A stretch of 64,000 nt of DNA. It comes from Phyllobates terribilis. Its lineage: Eukaryota. The position numbers were made by a program, and so were the translations under genes. A model generated the notes under the pieces. That model did no database searches, was not told the origin of the DNA, and saw only the letters and a program-made list of their open reading frames with translations. Of the stretch, positions 12,101 to 21,607 are shown piece after piece (the stretch's first letter is position 1; each line of letters starts with the position of its first letter). The stretch lies in contig NW_027362765.1 of NCBI RefSeq assembly GCF_046119375.1, forward strand, positions 440,076,001-440,140,000, written 5' to 3'.

Positions 12101-14132
12101 ACTTTGGCGTAGTCGGCAGGATCTCGTGCCCGCAACACCCGGGTACTGCGTGCCTGAAGAAAAGAACAAGTTTACCTCAAAAAGAAGTCTCCTGCCGGTT
12201 CCGGAGGGTCCCCGCCATCGGACCCCATCACAGGTCGTTTCCCGCCGGTTGTCCGCCATTAACAGCTTTTTCCCGCCATCTGCAGAGTTTCCCGCCACTG
12301 GGAGACGATTCCCGCCATTTCCAAAGGTTTCCCGCCTTGGGGGAGCGGACGCCATTATGGGCGTGCCAGAGGGTGGCAAGAGGCCACCTCCCATCGTGGG
12401 CCAGGACCGAAAATGGCGCCAAAAGTGGAAACCGCCCCCACCAACAGAGACTGTGATGCTAGAGGTGTCTGTCAGCGTGAAAGAACTGCCCCTGGAGCTG
12501 ACAATCACCAAGTGGCCCCGGGACCGCCCTCGAAGTGGGAGGACTGAGAAGAAGAGAACAAAGATGGGTGTCGCCTGGAGCAGTCTGGAGAGAGCGCACC
12601 CGGAGACAAGAAGCCTAGAGCTGAGTCCAGAAGAAGCTTACCCGGAGATGGAAGAAGAGCAGAGCAGCACCGGCCCGCTGGCCAGGAGCCTGCTGGAGAC
12701 AACGGAAAGAGAGCAGAGCAGCACCGACCCGTTGGTCAGGAGCCTGCTAGAAGCAACGACCCCACTAGGCTTAGTGGAGGTCCTGGCACAGCTCCCCCGA
12801 GATCGGGAGTGTGCGCAGACTGCGCTGGAGGGCCTCGCACGGAGGATGGCCCGGGTGCAACGAGAGACATTGGCGGAGTGGAGCCGAGAGATGGCCCAGC
12901 GGACCGAGACTCGTCAGCGGAGCACGCCACCCGAGACGAGGAGACAGACCGCCTCTGAGGATGGCGCAGGAGGACTGAAGGCCGGAGACGGCGCCGAGAA
13001 GGGAGCCGAACGAAAGGAGGCAGGTAAAGGGGACGTTTCTACCCCAAACCGGGAAACCGCGTACCTGCCCCAGCTCCCCGTCGCAGAGCCCGAAGTACCC
13101 CCTGCCGTGCCCGTAACCGCAACGTCACTGCCACAGACTAGGCCTCAACCGGAAGCCGAAGCCGCGACCCCTGTGACGTCACACGCCTCGACCCCGAGCG
13201 TGACCAAGCAGGAAGTACCACCAGCCTGGTCGCAAGGCCTAGTACCCCCGGGCGCCGCAATACCAACAGCGCCCCCTACCTCCGCGGAGCCACCGGCCTG
13301 GTCGCAGGGCCAAGTAGCCCAGGGCGCCGCCGTCCTTACGGTGCCCTTCACTTTCCAGGTGCCCCAGGCCTGGCCGCAAGGCCTGGGCAACCCGGGCGCC
13401 ACCACCACCGCGCCCATAAAACCAAGAGTGCCGCATCTGGGAGAAGATCTGTTCGCCCAACACACATGGCCGGACGGGCAGCCCTTTGTGTGGCCCAGGG
13501 AGTACTACGAACAAGAGCTCCAAAAGAGGACAAGGCCCATGTGTGAGCCCCTGATCCCGGCTCCGAAGCCCGTAAAAAGGACCTCGCCCCCGCTAGAGGA
13601 GGCACAGTTTGAGTGGGACCCCACCGGAGAAGACCTCATGGGGTTCACTCAGGAGACTCGGGCAGCCGCAGCGGATCGTGCAGAGTGCTGCCGCCAGCAG
13701 CTCGAGGTCTTTGAGAGGGAGCAGAGAGAGAGGCGGGTCCGGGAACAACAAGCCCAAATAAAGAGCGCGGAGCAGAAGAGCCGGGCCAGGAGGAGTCCCC
13801 GTGCAGCTCATGGTCCCCCTTCCACCGGGACTGTGATCAAGTTTAATATGCAGCACGGGTGGGGCTTCATCCGAGATCACCGCACCCCAGGCGACGTCTT
13901 CGTGACAAGAAGAGACGTTGAGTCCCACCTACCGGAGGGACACAGAGGACGTGACCTGTATATAGGGGACGAGGTCACCTTCACCCGGCACAAGTGTGCC
14001 AAAGGACCCTACGCCCTCCATGTGCATCGCCTGACGGAGGAGGAGCTGCGGTGTGAAGAGGAGCAAGAGGACCCGGACGGGTCTGAAGCTAAAGTGAATC
14101 ACAAAGAAAGAGCAGGAGGACGTCGTCGTTGA
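12081..14132 (+). CDS. Cold-shock-domain protein encoded by X1 (683 aa from the first ATG; 591 aa from the better-context ATG at 12357)
   Basis: CSD at about 13824-14030: TGTVIKFNMQHGWGFI (RNP1-like), DVFVT (RNP2-like), LYIGDEVTF...KGPYALHV. It is preceded by Pro/Ala-rich repeats and a charged coiled-coil-like stretch, and followed by an acidic then basic tail. Confidence 0.85.
   Translation: MAQGARQLWRSRQDLVPATPGYCVPEEKNKFTSKRSLLPVPEGPRHRTPSQVVSRRLSAINSFFPPSAEFPATGRRFPPFPKVSRLGGADAIMGVPEGGKRPPPIVGQDRKWRQKWKPPPPTETVMLEVSVSVKELPLELTITKWPRDRPRSGRTEKKRTKMGVAWSSLERAHPETRSLELSPEEAYPEMEEEQSSTGPLARSLLETTEREQSSTDPLVRSLLEATTPLGLVEVLAQLPRDRECAQTALEGLARRMARVQRETLAEWSREMAQRTETRQRSTPPETRRQTASEDGAGGLKAGDGAEKGAERKEAGKGDVSTPNRETAYLPQLPVAEPEVPPAVPVTATSLPQTRPQPEAEAATPVTSHASTPSVTKQEVPPAWSQGLVPPGAAIPTAPPTSAEPPAWSQGQVAQGAAVLTVPFTFQVPQAWPQGLGNPGATTTAPIKPRVPHLGEDLFAQHTWPDGQPFVWPREYYEQELQKRTRPMCEPLIPAPKPVKRTSPPLEEAQFEWDPTGEDLMGFTQETRAAAADRAECCRQQLEVFEREQRERRVREQQAQIKSAEQKSRARRSPRAAHGPPSTGTVIKFNMQHGWGFIRDHRTPGDVFVTRRDVESHLPEGHRGRDLYIGDEVTFTRHKCAKGPYALHVHRLTEEELRCEEEQEDPDGSEAKVNHKERAGGRRR
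12105..12122 (+). promoter_or_regulatory. Primer-binding site for tRNA-Ser
   Basis: TGGCGTAGTCGGCAGGAT is the reverse complement of the vertebrate tRNA-Ser 3' end (...ATCCTGCCGACTACGCCA) and lies 4 nt after the LTR. Confidence 0.9.
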
Positions 14133-14604
14133 GTACAGCGGAGTAGAAGCTGTATATAGTTGCCCGTCGGGGCACAGTGAACCGTTGCTGCTAATATAGT
14201 CCCCGTTGGGACCAGAGAATTGAACTGTTACCCGTATTTCCCTTAATCCCACTGACCGAGGACTGAGAGCGGTCATCCCTTTCCTAAATATCTGGCCGAG
14301 GACTGAGAGCGGCCATATCCCTTTGTATATAGTTGCGCGTCCTAAAGCGCCCCCTACTGGTTTTACAGGAAAACCATTTTTCTAGAGAAACTGTTGCATT
14401 TTTCCCGGGCACACGTTGCACAGTGTCCGGAGGAGGAGCTAGAAGCGAGGAAAAGTCTACAAGAATGTTTTATATGAAAAGTTTTATTGATATATATATA
14501 TATAATGTTTTATATGATGTTTTATATGTTTATGCAAAAATTGTATGTTTGTGGTGTTTATTCTTTTACAGCCCGAGGACGTGCTGTGATTTACCAGGGG
14601 GGAA

Positions 14605-15829
14605 TGTAGCACCCTGAGGATTCGGCTGCTACAGGGGTATTGCACCTCAACCAGAGGTGTGGTATTCCACTCCCGGGTAAGGATGGAGTGTGGATCTGAG
14701 CTCAGTAAGCTGCATGCACTACACACATCCCATTTCCGAGGAACAGACCAACAGTACTCCCACTTAGAAATGTGCAGGTACGACCGAGTCTGTTCCTGGC
14801 TGGAGTGGGAGGGGGGTGGTACATCCCAGTAGTGTAGGGGCAGATAGGGGGAGCAGCCTGGGTAAAGATAGGAGCTCATTGGGTGCTGGTCACCTGAGCT
14901 CACACATAGAGGGAGTATTTAAGGTGGGCACCATCTAAGATCAGGGTCAGTCTGTGAGAGGTCAGTCAGTCAGGGTCAGTCTGTCAGTCTTTTGCAGAGC
15001 AGTGGAAGAAAGCAGAGGAGCAGAGCAGCCCCAGGCCCAGAGTGAGAGTGGAGCAAGAAAGACCCAGAGAGGGAGACAGAAGGAACTCTGAGAACCCACA
15101 TACAAACACAGGGTGAAGAGTTGGCAACAGGGTACCGGATCCCAAACTGGTGGGGGCTAAAGCATACCTCAGCCAGAGACCGGAGGCCGTGGGCAGGATC
15201 TGCCACGGCCACCCACCACATCCACCCTGAAGGCAAACCACGTGTAGGGTCAGGGAACCCAAGGCCAAGGGTCTCCCAACAGAAGGCCCGAGGGAGCTGG
15301 ACCTAGGTGGATCCCTGGTGGGGACGGCCAGAAGAAAGGACAAGAAGGAGGGCTCAGGGACACGCTCCGGACTTGCTTGGGGGTTGGCTGAATCCAGGAC
15401 CTGGTGGACGCAGCACGGCTCGGGTGGTCACTCAAGGCCGGAGTGACCGGAATATCTGCAGTAAGTAAACACCCTGAACTGCACAACCCGACTCTGTCTT
15501 TAATTATCATCTACGCTGCACCACCACAACCCCCATCCTCTGCACCTGACCCCCTGAGGCCATACCCCTCCCGTTGGGGGTTATACTATCTAAAGCTGCA
15601 CCAACACCATCAGCCTCAGCGGACCCTGCTGCAGCGGCGGCCGTAGTGACCGCAAATCAACGGGTGGCGTAGTCGACACAAAAGAACATCTAGTAACATC
15701 ATAAGGACTGCCACACACTGAGCTTGACACCCTGGGCACGGACCGGGTCACAGCCACTCGGAGACTACAACCCCCATCTGATCCGGCTCCGGGTATTCCC
15801 CTAAAGAATATGGCCCAGGGGGCGCGTCA
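14605..15829 (+). repeat. 3' LTR of X1
   Basis: Direct repeat of 10877-12100, preceded by the PPT. Confidence 0.95.
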
Positions 15830-15833
15830 ATTG

Positions 15834-18295
15834 TCTGCCACAAAACAACGCAAGAACTGCTCAACATCCTGATTCTTCCTTTCTGTCTGGCCATTAGACT
15901 CAGGATGATATCCGGATGAAAACGACAAATGAACTCCCAACCTGTCACAAAAAGCACGCCAAAAACGAGCCACGAACTGAGGTCCCCTATCCGAAACAAT
16001 GTCAGTAGGAACGCCATGTAGTCTGACAATTTCCTTGACAAAGGCCTTAGCGAGTGTCTTAGCGCAGGGCAGTTTGATGAAAGGAACCAAGTGACACATC
16101 TTGCTAAAACGGTCCACGACCACCCAGATGACCGTGAAACCCTCAGAGGGGGGAAGGTCAGTAATAAAGTCCACAGCCAGATATGTCCAAGGTGCACTAG
16201 GAACCTCCAGAGGGCAAAGCAACCCCGCTGCAGGAGTATGTGAAGACTTAGATCTAGCACACACCGTACATTGATGCACCCACTTAATGACTTCCTTCTG
16301 CCATCCAGGCTACCAAAAACTGCGACCCACAAGTCTCTTGGTCTCAGAAATTCCTGGATGACCTGCCAACCGAGACTCATGACACTCGACAAACAAATCT
16401 CTCCTAAAGGTCCTAGGCACAAACAACCTCCCATGGGGAGTGTTAGATGGGGCATTCTCCTCTGCTTTAAGAATCTCATCTTCCAAAATGGAGTCCAAAG
16501 CAGCAATCACAACACCTTCTTGTAAAATGCTCCCCTCCTCCTCAGCACCGACCATGGGAGAAAAGCTGCGAGACAAAGCATCAGCTTTAACATTCTTGGT
16601 ACCCGGGATGTAAGTAACGGAAAAATTAAACTGCGAGAAAAAAAGTGCCCACCTAGCCTGACGGGCATTCAAGCGCTTGGCAGCATCAAGATAGATCAGA
16701 TTTTTATGATCAGTGAAAACCTGAATGGGAAATTCAGCACCTTCCAAGAGATGACGCCAATGTTCAAATGCGAGTTTAATAGCCAGCAATTCCCGATTAC
16801 CAATATCGTAATTAAGTTCAGTCTCAGAAATTTTTTTTTAAAAAAAAGCACAGGGATGTACTCCATCCTTGTTTTTCTGAGACAACACCGCACCGACCCC
16901 CACCGAAGAAGCATCAACCTCAACCAAAAACGGCTTAGTCACATCAGGCTGCATAAGGATGGGAGCAGAGCTGAACCTCTCCTTTAGAAACACAAAAGCT
17001 TCAATGGCCTCAGTAGTCCACTGAACCGTATTAGCACCTTTCCTGGTGAGATCGGTCAGTGGTTTGACAATAATAGAAAATTTTTTAATGAATTTTCTGT
17101 AATAATTGGCGAAACCCAAAAACCTCTGTATCGATTTCAAATCAATAGGCCTAGGCCATTCCAGCACAGCTTGAACTTTCACCGGGTCCATCTCAAAGCC
17201 CTCGCTGGAGATAATGTAGCCCAAAAAACTAATTCTCTGTACAGCGAACTCACATTTCTCCAGCTTAGCAAAAAGCGAATTGTCAATTAATAACTGTAAT
17301 ACCTCACGTACGCTCCGCCAATGAGACTCCAGATCCGGTGAATAAATCAAAATGTCATCCAAATACACAACCACATTTTTGCCGATCAAAGGTCTAAGGA
17401 TGTCATTAATAAGATTCTGAAAAAATGCTGGAGCATTGGTAAGACCAAAAAGCATAACCAGATTCTCAAAATGACCCACAGGAGTGTTAAAAGCAGTCTT
17501 CCATTCATCACCCTCCTTCATGCCCAACAAATTGTATGCCCCCCGGAGATCAATTTTAGAGAACAACTTGGCCCCCACTAACTGGTTAAACAAATCAGGA
17601 ATCAATGGCAGTGGGTAAGGATTGCGTACAGTAATTTTATTAATCTCACGAAAATCCAGACAAGGCCGTAAACCGCCGCCCTTTTTTTTAACAAAAAAAT
17701 ATCCAACAGCCACAGGAGACTTGGAAGGCCTAATGTGACCGGCGGCCAAGCTTGTCTGTATGTATTCCTCCAAAGCCTTTCTCTCAGGAATAGTAAGATT
17801 AAATAAACCACTTTTAGGAAGAGTCGCTCCAGGGAAAAATTCAATGGTACAATCATAGTCTATATGGGGAGGCAAAATTTGTGACTCCTCCTCAGAAAAA
17901 ACTCTCCAAAAATCCTGAATAGGTACAGGTAATTCCTCTTTTTCCACCGCAGCAATACGTCCGTTACAACACTTGTCATAACACTTAGGGCTCCAGGACT
18001 TAATTTCATTAGTAGACCAATCCAGTACAGGATTGTGCAATTTTAACCAGGGCAACCCCAAAACTACTGGAGAAGGCAAATTATTTAATACTACCAAATC
18101 CAAATTTTCTTGGTGAATACCATTAATAGTGAGGGGAAATTCACAGACCTTGTGAGTAACACTCTTCAAGGGAGAGCCATCGACAGAAACCACAGCAATA
18201 GGGGATGACAAAGGTTTGGGTTTTAATTTAAGTTTTTCCAAGAATCCCCCATCAATCACATTCAGAGTAGAACCACAATCCACAAATACTCAAAA
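15834..18295 (-). pseudogene. pol: Element A pol (PR-RT-RH-IN core) with stops and frameshifts
   Basis: Protease VFVDCGS; RT VVVYLDDIL; RNase H VEVDASSVGVGAVL and DHKNL; integrase VDFITDL...VVVDRFSK...SDRGPQF...NGQTERKNQ. Split over ORFs 16838-18283, 16310-16789 and 15827-16279. Confidence 0.95.
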
Positions 18296-18301
18296 TTCAA
18301 T

Positions 18302-19189
18302 TCATTTTTCCTGAGCAGCAGTAGTAGCAGAAAGAAATACACCCTTAGTGTTTAAACAGGCTATACGGGCATAACTGACCTTTTTTTTTTCTTTGTTCAT
18401 ACGAAGCACACAGTTCTTAATAAAATGGTCAGATTTCCTGCAATAAAAGCACAAACCTTCAGAAGACCTGTGGTCTTTTTCCTGAGAGCGGGGTACCATC
18501 GCCCCAATCTCCATCGGCTCTCCAATGTCAGAACAGACCCTCTCAAGACTCGGAGCTGACATGGCAGAGGATTTACTCTCATTAACCCTTGCACGCAGTC
18601 TCCTGTCCACCCGTATAGCTAATTGAATTGCCTCCTGCAAGTTTCCAGGTGTGGGATAAGCAATCAGCAAATCCTTAACCCTTTCACCTAGCCCCGCAAG
18701 AAACAAACTTTTCAAAGCTGAATCGTTCCACCCCACCTGGGCAGACCACCGACGGAAGTGAGAACAATATTTTTCCACATTACCTGATCCCTGACTCAAA
18801 AGTCTCAATTCAGTCTCAGCTGATGAGACACGATCAAGATCATCATACAACAAACCCAAAGCAGAAAAAAAACTATCCACTGATCTAAAGCATGGATCAC
18901 TAGGTTGGAGAGAAAAGGCCCATCCCTGAGGTTCTTTGCGCAAAAGTGACATTATGAACCCTATGCGCTGTGATTCATCACCAGAGGATCTGGGTCTGAA
19001 ACGAAAATGCAACAAACAAGCATTTTCAAAGGAAAAAAATTCTTGTTGATCACCAAAAAATAAATCAGGCAAACGTACCTTTGGCTCCACAAAATGTGCT
19101 CCAGAACAGCTACTCACGTGTTGTTGGAGCTCGGCCACCTCCAGAGAGAGTCCCTGCAGGCGTTGAGCCAAATCCTGAAACGACACCAT
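18302..19189 (-). CDS. gag: Element A Gag (PEG10/sushi-like) with CCHC knuckle
   Basis: EPKVRLPDLFFGD...LSQGSGNVEKYCSHF...CFYCRKSDHFIKNC. Confidence 0.9.
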   Translation of the reverse strand: MVSFQDLAQRLQGLSLEVAELQQHVSSCSGAHFVEPKVRLPDLFFGDQQEFFSFENACLLHFRFRPRSSGDESQRIGFIMSLLRKEPQGWAFSLQPSDPCFRSVDSFFSALGLLYDDLDRVSSAETELRLLSQGSGNVEKYCSHFRRWSAQVGWNDSALKSLFLAGLGERVKDLLIAYPTPGNLQEAIQLAIRVDRRLRARVNESKSSAMSAPSLERVCSDIGEPMEIGAMVPRSQEKDHRSSEGLCFYCRKSDHFIKNCVLRMNKEKKKVSYARIACLNTKGVFLSATTAAQEK

Positions 19190-19238
19190 AATGGAAACTG
19201 GAAGTCTTTCCTTAGAGATATTTTTGGGCTGGACTTAC

Positions 19239-19661
19239 TGTTATGATCTGCTACAAGCACTAAGGAAAGAAAGGAGATCTGTCCCTACAATAGAACTAAG
19301 CTAGATCCCTACGATGTAACGGGGAACCAGATCCTGCGATCAGACCCGCTAAAGTCATCGGCTAGTCTGTACGAAGACCTATAGATGCAAAGGAGGGATC
19401 CCTACAAGAACTAGGGACTGGGATAAAGTTGGACACCTCCTAGCAGAAATTGTAGCAGTAAACGACAAACACACAACATAGAACAGAAAGATCCGAAGAC
19501 CTAGCTAAACTGACTGAGAAAGGTAACTAATCACCAGGCTAGCTAAAGAGTAGAAATTACAATGAAGTCCAGCAAGGCCAGGAGGGCGGAGCAGGACTAA
19601 ATAGGCAAAAAAGGTCATGTGACCAGCAAGATAGAAAAAACCTAACAGGAGAGTTCTAACA
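19239..19661 (-). repeat. 5' LTR of element A
   Basis: Direct repeat of 9730-10152, followed by TSD GCATC. Confidence 0.95.
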
Positions 19662-21607
19662 GCATCGTCCCATTCACTGCTTATTTTCCTCTTGCAGAGC
19701 CTGAACACTGCAAAAAATTTGTAGGTCTGCAGCATAGAAAAGAATTCCCACACCCAAGATGCCTATACTTAAGACTTGCCACCACCACAATGACACCAAG
19801 AGCTTTCAGGCACTGTTGAACCTCTGCTCCACCTTAATCACCTGCTCCAAAACTGACTGCGGAAGAAGCAGATCTACTGGCTGAATGTCAGCTCTTTATG
19901 GCTGAAGGCAACACCCTCCTCCTCTGATGACCTCTCCTACTCGTCATCCCCAAAAAAAGATCATAGGTCTTTTCCTTCACACCACCATCATCATCCTTAA
20001 CTTTGCTAACAGTTGCCTCAATGTGGGAAATGTCCTAAGATCCTTGCCTCCCGCCTCTAGATTGGCCACATCTAAAGCCATGTGAGCCTTCGGCCTTTGG
20101 TGGCTGATGTATCTTCTGTAATGTGTAAAATGGTGGTGGCACAAATTATTTAATTTCAGAGGTATTGTGGGATTTCTACTCAATTGAGTGCGATGGGAGG
20201 CAAAACAGGAAGCGCTTCCATTTAAAGGTCCATTCTGGTTTATTGTGGTGTCATAAACCAGCCATAAGCAAAGGAAAATAAATGGCCTTAGTTCAGGAAA
20301 ACAAACTAATCAGTTTGTTTTGAAAAGTCTCTTGAGAGCCTGTCCTGGTCACACAGGCTGGATAGTATCCAGTACACCGGTTCAGTTTGAAGATAACATG
20401 CAGGAGGACCTCTTCCTCCTCACATAGAGACCATGTGCCAAATAACGGCCTCCATTTTAACTTGTTAACCACACCTAGAGGTGAGGTATGTGGCCAGCCA
20501 GACCTGTCCATCTCTCTGGCTACCCGTAAAACCTGGCCCAGATGCACCAAACAATCCTCTTAGTATTTATGTGTAGAGTAATGTAGAGTAATATTCCAGG
20601 ATTATATCACAGATAACAACCATCTCTGTGATACATACCTCCCATCAACTCTGTGTCCTTGAGATACCTTACAGTACCTAAAACTTTCATGAATTTCTGT
20701 TATGATCTGCAACATGTACTAAGGAAAGATAGGGGAAAGCTGTCCCTACAGTAAGACTAAGCTGAATCCCTACAATGTAGCGGGCTGCCTGTTCCTAGTG
20801 AACAGACCCGCCTTAGTCCTCAGCTAGTCTGAACGAAGACATATAGAATTAAAGGAGGGGTCCCTAAAAGCACTAAGGACTGGGACAAAAATGGGACACC
20901 TCCTAAACAGAGAAGTTGTTGCAGAACACAAAAAGACAAACTGACAAAAATGTACTAGAGGTCCCAGAGGACCAAGCGAACTTGACAGAGAAAGCACCAG
21001 GCTAGAGAAACAGTCAAACACTGAAGTCCAGCACAGCCACAAGGGCGGAGCTGGAATATAAAGGCAGATGGTCACGTGACCGCAAAACACAAGATAGAAA
21101 AAACAAACAGGAGGGTTCTAACAGTACCCTCTCTTTTATGAGGATCCTCCGGATCCTCCAGGCCCAGGCCTATCCGGAAACCTCCTGTGGAAAGCTTTAA
21201 CAAGCTTAGGAGCAGAGACATCATCCGTCCTTACCCAGGAGTTGTCTCCGGGACCGAAACCCTTCCAGGAGACAAGATACTGTAATCTCCCTCTATGCCA
21301 TCTAGAATTCAAGATACGAGAAATTTCATATTTGCCGTCTTCCACAACAGGAGGAACTGTGACAGTAGCGACCCTATCAGATACATCAGCCTTTTTCAAC
21401 AAGGAAACATTAAACACAGGATTAATCTTCCAGGAAGTAGGGACATCCAACCTAACAGCAGATGGGTTAACAACCTGAAGCCCTTTAAATGGACCCACAA
21501 ACTTAGGACCCAGTTTTTTAGAGAGATTTTCTGGGGACTAGGACCTGGCATTACCTCATTGAGCCTGCACCTCAGTCTCTTGTCTATACGAACAGCTAAC
21601 TGCATAG

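Larger units (their letters stand above)
10877..15829 (+). mobile_element. Element X1: non-autonomous tRNA-Ser-primed LTR element carrying a cold-shock-domain ORF, no gag or pol
   Basis: LTRs 10877-12100 and 14605-15829 (TGTAGCACCC...GGCGCGTCA; about 3 differences by eye); 4-bp TSD ATTG (10873-10876, 15830-15833) inside the A integrase; PBS 12105-12122; PPT AGGGGGGAA 14596-14604. Confidence 0.95.
9730..19661 (-). mobile_element. Element A: sushi/Tf1-type chromovirus (Ty3/Gypsy), decayed, interrupted by X1
   Basis: 423-bp LTRs TGTTATG...CTAACA at 9730-10152 and 19239-19661; 5-bp TSD GCATC (9725-9729, 19662-19666); polypurine tract at 10153-10172; gag, PR, RT, RH, IN and chromodomain present. 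Confidence 0.97.

Noticed and set aside
12105-12122. tRNA gene
   Set aside because: Only 18 nt match the tRNA 3' end including CCA; this is a PBS with no cloverleaf.
13824-14030. Host YBX or LIN28 gene or simple processed pseudogene
   Set aside because: It lies between LTR/PBS and PPT/LTR. The CSD is far from the near-invariant YBX sequence, with no LIN28 zinc knuckles and no poly(A) tail. Distant host origin remains possible.
12081-14132. env-like third ORF
   Set aside because: No signal peptide, furin site followed by a fusion peptide, or transmembrane segment visible.
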